From positions 62,496,001 to 62,560,000 of the forward strand of contig CM060733.1 in NCBI GenBank assembly GCA_030704615.1: a stretch of DNA of 64,000 bases, written 5' to 3'. Below are positions 57,235-64,000 of this stretch, piece by piece. A program made the translations under genes and the position numbers. The notes beneath the pieces are model-generated. The model was not told where the DNA came from. It did not search any database and worked only from the letters and a program-made list of their open reading frames with translations. This DNA is from Takakia lepidozioides (lineage: Eukaryota; Plantae; Bryophyta). Numbering within the stretch: position 1 is the stretch's first letter; each line of letters begins with the position of its first letter.

Positions 57235-58430
57235 GATCTTGGCGAAATTTCTCACATACTTCGGTAGTAGGAGGCGAGTCCCAGAAAGGATCGCGACCGA
57301 AGTCGGAGGTTCTCATTGCAAGATCTTCCTCACCTTTTTGTCATCCATTTTGATCCCATCCTGTGTAATCACATGCCCTAGGAACTCCACGATCTCGACC
57401 CCAAATTCGCACTTCGAAGCTTTGGCATACAGCTTCCCTTCCCGCAATTTCTGGAACACTCTTTTGAGGTGCTCCAGGTGCTCTTCCTTCATTTTCGAGT
57501 ACACCAAGATGTCGTCGATGTACACAATCACAAAGTCATCCAACCACTCCTGAAAGAAGCAGTTCATCAAGGTGCTAAAGGTTGTTGGTGCGTTGGTGAG
57601 CTCAAAAGGCATCACCAAAAATTCGTACGAACCATACCTTGTCCTGCATGCTGTCTTTTCCTCATCTCCTTCCGCTATCCGGATCTGGTGGTAACCTGAG
57701 CGTAAATCGATCCGGCTGAAATACTTTGCTCCTGCCAACCGATCGAAGAGGTTGTCGATCCTTGACAAATGGTACCGGTTTTTGATAGTCACCTTATTCA
57801 GAGCCCTGTAATCGACACACGTCCGCAGCGTCCCATCCTTCTTATCTGCGAATAGTACCGGGGCTCGGTAAGGTGACTTACTCGGCCGGATGTACCCCTT
57901 TGCCATTAGATCCTAGCTCCCCACACCTTGGTCGCTTTCCGGCTCGCACGCTTACTCACCAGTTTTTGGTCACCAACGGGCTTGCACCGTTCTCGGGGTC
58001 ACTACTCCCTATATACTTCTGTAGGCATCCGCGGGGGTTTCACAAACAACACAGTCTCTTTATGGTGAACCACCACGAAGACCCTCAACTTTCTGTGGTG
58101 AGTCGCGGTGAGTCTTGGCCCATCTACCACGGCCCCAATGGACCGTGGTGAGTCCCCAGGCTCCCCACGACTCCCACCACAAGGCCTCAGCCTCATGGTG
58201 AGTCCTATGCCACCCCCACTACGACTTCCTACGCTACCACCACCCCTCGTGGAGCCCCCACCAACGCAACCCGGTTTGAAATGCTCTACCTAGTGAGCGC
58301 TTCCGCTTCTTGAGTGCCTTCGGCACTCAAGGGTGCCTCAGCCCCCTTTCCTATTCGCTGCCGTTGCCCCCACCACAGGGGCAGCCCCTCTTGTGTCCCG
58401 ACCCCCTGCCCTCAAGGCAAAGGGCCGCGA
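57235..58430 (-). mobile_element. Chromovirus-like Gypsy RT fragment plus upstream gag remnant
   Basis: [58 protein letters not shown] (57313-57906); overlaps the 17.0-17.3 kb fragment family. Confidence 0.85.
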
Positions 58431-58432
58431 CA

Positions 58433-59384
58433 CGAGGAGCCCCCGGTTTACGAGTGAGTGGTTGCATTGTAAGTTGCCTCCTGATTTCGTGAGGCACCTC
58501 CCTTCGCTATCTTATTTCATTGAAAAACCCTTTCTGCATGCTGCTGGTATTGACATTCTTAAAGTGGATTTGTTCTTACTGCATGATGCCAAGTACTGCA
58601 AGAGGGACGACTTTTCATTGGCAGGAGGAACGTGCCATTTTTTGCCAGGGGGGATTTCTTGCGGAGTCCTCAAAGGGACTACATCCTTCCTCCTTATGCT
58701 GACCGGCTTGCTAGGATGTCCATTAGGAGGTTGTCCGAACCTAGTCGTGTACAACAGATTTTAGACCAGGAAAGCCTAAGGAAAATGAAGATGAAGGAGG
58801 AGACAATAGCTATTAGAGTTCGTCAGGTTTGTAGATTTGTCTTGGATTCTGCTGAGGAAAGTGGGGGAGAAGAGGCAAAAGATTCCCAGGAGGTGAGGTG
58901 GACAGTCCCCCAAGGAGAGGACGGTATTTTTTAGAGGCATAGTGGAACTGATACATCTCAGACCTTAGAGGATGAGGGGGATGAGGGGGATGAGAAGGAA
59001 GGTGGGGCAAGTTCCTCGGAGGGTGTAGGAGAGGAGGATACTAGTAGTGCCCATTCCGGCTATGACAGTTAGGACACACTTGTATATATGTGGCTTGTCA
59101 CAAAATTTGCAATAAAGTGCCGCATTTCATTGCTGTGAGGATTCCATTGGTGCCACATTCATTGCTGAGAGGATTCCAATGTGAGGTTAGCATGTAGTCT
59201 AGATTTGGGACCAGGGAGCAGCCTGTCTGAACCCTCCGTGGTACCTCTCATCAACTTCACAAGACCCTATTTCCGGCCTCTTATCCCTATTTCGTGGACA
59301 CCTGGTGTCTTGCATTCCCGCTCATGCTCTTTTCGCGGACATTTTTCCGCTCATGCTCATGCCGCTCATGAAATAACAATCCCC
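58433..59384 (+). mobile_element. Third fragment of the family-B cargo arm: last exon plus TIR
   Basis: Homologous to 37050-37882; ends GCTCATGAAATAACAATCCCC. Confidence 0.85.
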
Positions 59385-60227
59385 GCAAAGTAGGGGAATT
59401 TGTCATTGACAATGCCTACAACAATCTCCTCCCAAGTAGGATCTCGGCAAGGGGGAAGAGGGACCCTCAGTCCTAGCAAACAAAATAGCAGAACCACCCT
59501 TCACAAACTCCCACAAACGCAAGGGGTTGGGCTTGTCGGGCGGCAAGAAGCTTTCCAGCTGAATGCCCAGCTCTCTGATGACAGTGAATTGGGGGATGCC
59601 AAGTTGAGCCTAGCTGAGCGGCTCTCCCCCTTGAAGCCGCACTTTAGCCTGGTCAAAAGGAATGAGAAGGGCGATCTCCTTGGCGTGCAACTTCAGCAAG
59701 ATGCGTGCTGCATAGGCACCTTCTAGTGCTTCGTGGATTTTCGTCCTTTCTCACGACACTGTGCTTTGGTGGTGGCTTCTTTGGCAGCCTCTTCCTTGGC
59801 AATATCTTCAAACCTCGTAGCCCAGTACTCAGAGGGCGTGTCAAGCGGCAACTCAGGGCGCGGGAGTGGCTCACCCTATACTCCACAAACACACACTGCT
59901 CAAGAACTTGCGCGTCAGTTCATGAACGTAAACTGCTCCAAAGTCTCGCGTTTCATGGGTAACATGAAGTTCGTATGTCTTGCGAGCAAACAACGTGGGC
60001 TCAGAACTAGACGCCATAGCTCAAGGATGCAAAGCTCTCAGATTGCAGGAAGGAGCAAACACACAGACTCTCGCTTCTCGCAGCACTGTATGCAAAAGGA
60101 GCCGCCATTTTGCTATTTTCTGTCCTGCTAATCATGCACATTCCCCGTACAGGATCTACTGCCTCAGATGTATCGTACTACTGACATTCTCTACTAACAG
60201 ATTTAGCTACCCCGCATCTCCACCACG

Positions 60228-61048
60228 ATTCTGGCGCTAGGGGGTTATTCCCCTTCCTCTGCCGGCTTAGAGGTTAGCGCCTTCGCGCCTAGCCCGCGTA
60301 GCGGGGGTATAGCAAAAATATTTTCTTGAACCCCATTTGTTGAGGGCCTCCTCGGCAGGGTGAAGCGGTGGGTCATCTGCCGTCCCGTGCTTGACAAGAA
60401 TGGCGTCATCCAGTTAGGTATCAGGATTGGGAACCTCGGATCCTTCGTAGCGGGTGAGGCATACTTGGGCCTCGCAATTGCTTGCGCCCCGCGGCTTTCT
60501 GGCCGCGGGGATTTCAGGGCAGTTGACGCGTTGACCCGGTAGGGGGTCCGCCGGGCTCGCCTCGTTGGTGCAGTATACCTTGTTGCTTTTGACAACGCAG
60601 GGATGTAGTCTATAAAGTGGGCTTAGCCAAGAGGACGAAATCTCACGTAGAGGACACAACGAACACAAACATCCACTGCATTCACACAACGTTCATGCAA
60701 ACACTCAAGTACACCAGCCACGTACACTGTTGAGATCAAATCCACCACCCGGTTTGCCACGACATTCCAGTTTAAATAGTGTTAGGGTGTAATCTAATCC
60801 GAGGGCCACATGGCGCATACACACAGGGTAGCCAGATGTCGTTCCAGCATAACCATAGAAAGAAGCCACATCATCTAGTTCCATCCTAATCTGATCCTAA
60901 ACTAGCTGTTAGAATAAGACAGATCTATATTTAAACCCTAAGCTGTCCAGCTCATCCTCATTACATAAAGCGTAAATTCATCCAAGCTGCATCCTACATT
61001 CGTTCATCCAGGCCGAATAATCATGTGAGGCGGAATCCCACCTCCACA
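60228..61048 (-). mobile_element. LTR (solo or truncated) of the same Gypsy family as 24690-25241, with an extra ~300-bp segment
   Basis: GATTCTGGCGCTA..CCCCTTCCTCT at left; ..GGAATCCCACCTCCACA at right; shared internal blocks. Confidence 0.75.
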
Positions 61049-61424
61049 AGGGCCACTTCCCAAGAGAAAAAAAAGGAAAAAAAGGTTTGTCTCAAATTTC
61101 CATCTCCTCAACTCCACACTCTGTTTTGCGCTAAAAATTGATATTGTGGCTCTCTCTCTTCTTCAGGAAGTTGTATGACTTCCATGAGTTATTCCTTGCT
61201 TATGTTATTCGTTCATCCATCCATGTCAATGGGTCCTGTGTCCCCACACCTCCTTCCAGGCTTCATGTGAAAGTTGGGCCGGGCCATAAGAGCCAAAAGA
61301 ATATTCCTCTGTTGTTTGGGCTCCTAAGCCCATGCAACAAGAAGCTGAGCAGAACATCAGTGTGTTTTCGTGTGAGACAGAGGGATACGTGACAATTTTT
61401 TTGGGAAGGATCCGACCGAGTGCA

Positions 61425-62886
61425 ATGGGGATCGACGACCATATGCAGAATGTGTCCACTATCGGCAATGTCATCACCTGCAAAGGTTTCCCTCTCTCTC
61501 TCTTTCTGTTTTTCTCGTGTTGCGGGTGCAAGTGAAAAGGGAGTTGGAGGTTAGCTTCGTTAGCTTCGTATCTGAGGGGCATCTTTTGGTTCTTGTTTGG
61601 ATATACTTGACTGTTCGGTACCTTGGTTCTTAGTTCATGATCGAATTGGACTGGGATATCTCTGTTTCTATTGATCGATGGGTCACTGAGGCTGACTGTA
61701 TTGCAGATTGCAGCCTCATATCAATGCCAGTTGTATCCTGCCCGTATTTCTATTGTGCCTTCTTTTTGCTAGTCTTTCTGTGGGTGTTTCAAAGCAAGCG
61801 TAGGCGCCGGGTACATTGAGCTTGTCTATGAATTCGCCCGCGACCTTCCGTCGAAAAGCCCCCGTGGATCTACATTGGACACAAGCAAATCGAAGGAGTA
61901 CATCGTCATGCTCTCTCTCTCTCTCTCTCTCTCTACCCCGTTCAGCAGGACCCCCTGAATCTGCATGTAAGCACCAGGAATCATCGTCTTGTCGACCATG
62001 ACTAACTGAGGAAGATTGATGGATGCATGAACTTCGAAGCTGCGGTAGCATGGAAGCCCAAGGGCGCGTTGGTAATCCAGGACGTGCAGGTGGCACCTCC
62101 GCAGGTTATGGAAGTCCGTATTAAAATAACACACACATCTCTTTGTCGGAGCGACCTTAGCTTTTGGGAAGCGGAGGTTTGTCTGCACAGTACCATCTCC
62201 CATGAACAGTTCATTCAAAGTAAAAGGAACAGTTGCCCATGAATATGTCAATATCATGGCAACTCTTTGAGGAGAAGGAACTAAATTAGTTCTTGGTTCT
62301 TATGCTAGGCTCAGGGGTCGAGAAAAGATTAACTGAATACTAACTAACATGAAGACTGATGATTGTTTTCCTTGATTTTTTAATCATTATGCAATGCTTT
62401 TGGGTGATCCCTCCAGGGAAGGTAGATTGAAGGCCATTTCTGACCATGGTCTGCAGTATAGCTTTACCAGCCATAGCTGGCTAGATCACACTCTAAGCGT
62501 CGTAAATGGAATAGCAAGTGCTCAGGAAGCAGAAGTTTAAAGATCGTGTTGTAGTACTTGTAGTACACCCCACACCCCTATTATGGTGGTCCCCTATATT
62601 TCTGTCTTTTGCAACAACAGCACACATAGAGAGGGTGTGCCATCTTCCTCTCCTGTCAACAAAGGTCGCATTAGCAGTTACAAGTTGCCAAATTTTGTGG
62701 GGCCACTCTTGCCAAATATGTCCAGATTTGCGTGTTCATGTTACTCCCTGCCGACCTAAAATTGAAGCTCAATTGTCAAAATTGTATGCATGTATTACAT
62801 ATCTGACCAACGCGAGGTCAGTTGTTTTTTCTGTGGCAGGCTTTAGGGCATACATTTCCCCGCATCTTTGGCCACGAGGCAGCTGG
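61425..62886 (+). CDS. Zinc-dependent alcohol dehydrogenase-like gene, exons 1-3 (61425/61443-61485, 62040-62176, 62840-62886); continues beyond the window
   Basis: VITCK|AAVAW..VAPPQVMEVRIKI..SLCRSDL..|..FPRIFGHEAAG; exon 2 is 137 bp and exon 3 is 47 bp, the canonical plant ADH sizes. Confidence 0.88.
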
Positions 62887-62925
62887 GTACACTCTGTGTC
62901 TGTGTCTGTGTCTGTGTCTCTGTCT

Positions 62926-64000
62926 CACACAGCAGATTGATGTTTGTGTGAAGGGATTTCTAGAGGATATCTGGAAAACTCGGATCAATTGTATGTTTCA
63001 AGGTAAGTCATACTACCGGTGTCAGCCCCTGACGAAGGTAGTTTCTGTCCCTTTGTGTTTCACTCAAACTGGGCGTGGGGTCAATGGCCACAAGGCTTTG
63101 TCGCGTTATTAGACCTGCCTTGGAGTACGTATCTGCTATATGGGTTGATAACTCCAACCAGGCTAAGTCTCTAGAATCCATTCAAGTGGGGGTGCTTAAG
63201 GAGTGTATGTCAGCATGCTCCAAAACAGCCAATGTGGCTGTTTGGGGTGAGTTTGGCATTCCGTCCTTAAGCTCCCGACGAGATGAATTCAAGGTCAGAT
63301 GGTGGGGTCAGCTGCAACATATGCCCAACACCAGATATCCTAAATTAATCGACTCTATATCTTGGAAACAGGACCGCCCTGTCAAACAGGCTAAGTCCTG
63401 GCAGAAGAGAGTAGAAGAGATCCTCAAGGACCTGGACCTGGATCCGCAAGTCTTGACCCTGCTGGATAAATCTGACTTAGAGGCTCTAGTGTCCTCAGCC
63501 ATGTCTGTTGCCATGAGATTGTCTGATGAAAATGAAGTTAGGCAGAAAACTTCCCTGAACTTGTTTCCAGTCTGTGACATGGGGGAGGACATCTTGGATG
63601 ACCTCAAGGGTCTACCCACTCTCGGCACTAGACTGAAATTTAAACTCAGGGCAGGAAGCCTACCTTTGAACAGCAAACAGAAGCAGAGAGGAAAGGGAGA
63701 GTGCAATTGCCCGTTGTGTGGGCAATCTGAAGGCAGTATTCATTTTCTGATACACTGTCCGGGGTTCTCTCACCAAAGAGACGCTCTCTTCAAATCTATT
63801 AAGGGAATTGTGCCTGTACCCCTGTTTACCAACTTTGAAAGTCTCGAGGCTGAGCCAAAAGCCCAGGCCCTCCTGAGGCCTAGTTTTTGGGCAAATCACA
63901 CACAGCAGATTGATGCTTGTGTGAAGGGATTTCTAGAGGATATCTGGAAAACCCGGATTAATTCCTTATATGGAGGTAAGTCTTACTACCAACGTCAGCC
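62926..64000 (+). mobile_element. Two tandem 5'-truncated LINE (RTE/RTEX-like) 3' fragments in ADH intron 3
   Basis: Open frame from ~63150: AVWGEFGIPSL..FKLRAGSLPL..CPLCGQSEGSIHFLIHC (CCHC); 62926-63028 is repeated at 63899-64000; preceded by (GTGTCT)n. Confidence 0.75.

Overview
Eukaryotic, transposon-dense land-plant nuclear DNA. It has spliceosomal introns and PLS-type PPR remnants, and is probably from a non-seed plant (inference). Two host genes are recognisable: an intronless mitochondrial processing peptidase alpha subunit (22243-23772, -) and the first three exons of an ADH-like gene (61425-, +). The rest is nested, rearranged TEs: LINEs, Gypsy LTR elements, CACTA ends and Mutator-like elements. 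The main finding is a roughly 12-kb Mutator-like (MULE) DNA transposon at 40294-52552, defined by TIRs and an 8-bp TSD whose empty site occurs twice in the window. It has three more partial copies. It encodes a GCM-like/DDE/SWIM transposase and, divergently, a spliced protein of about 1,400 aa with a ParB/Srx-like domain and a beta-class N6A/N4C DNA-methyltransferase fold. Its non-coding parts carry arrays of a CG-centred palindrome (GGAAATTCGGCGCCGAATTTCC), suggesting a parS-like or VANC-like self-targeting epigenetic system. Other oddities: a LINE with a chromodomain, a PCIF1-like MTase fold and RNase H; a Gypsy element with dUTPase; a DRM-type C5-MTase fragment; and three internal inversions. 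All domain calls are by-eye motif recognition, not database searches.
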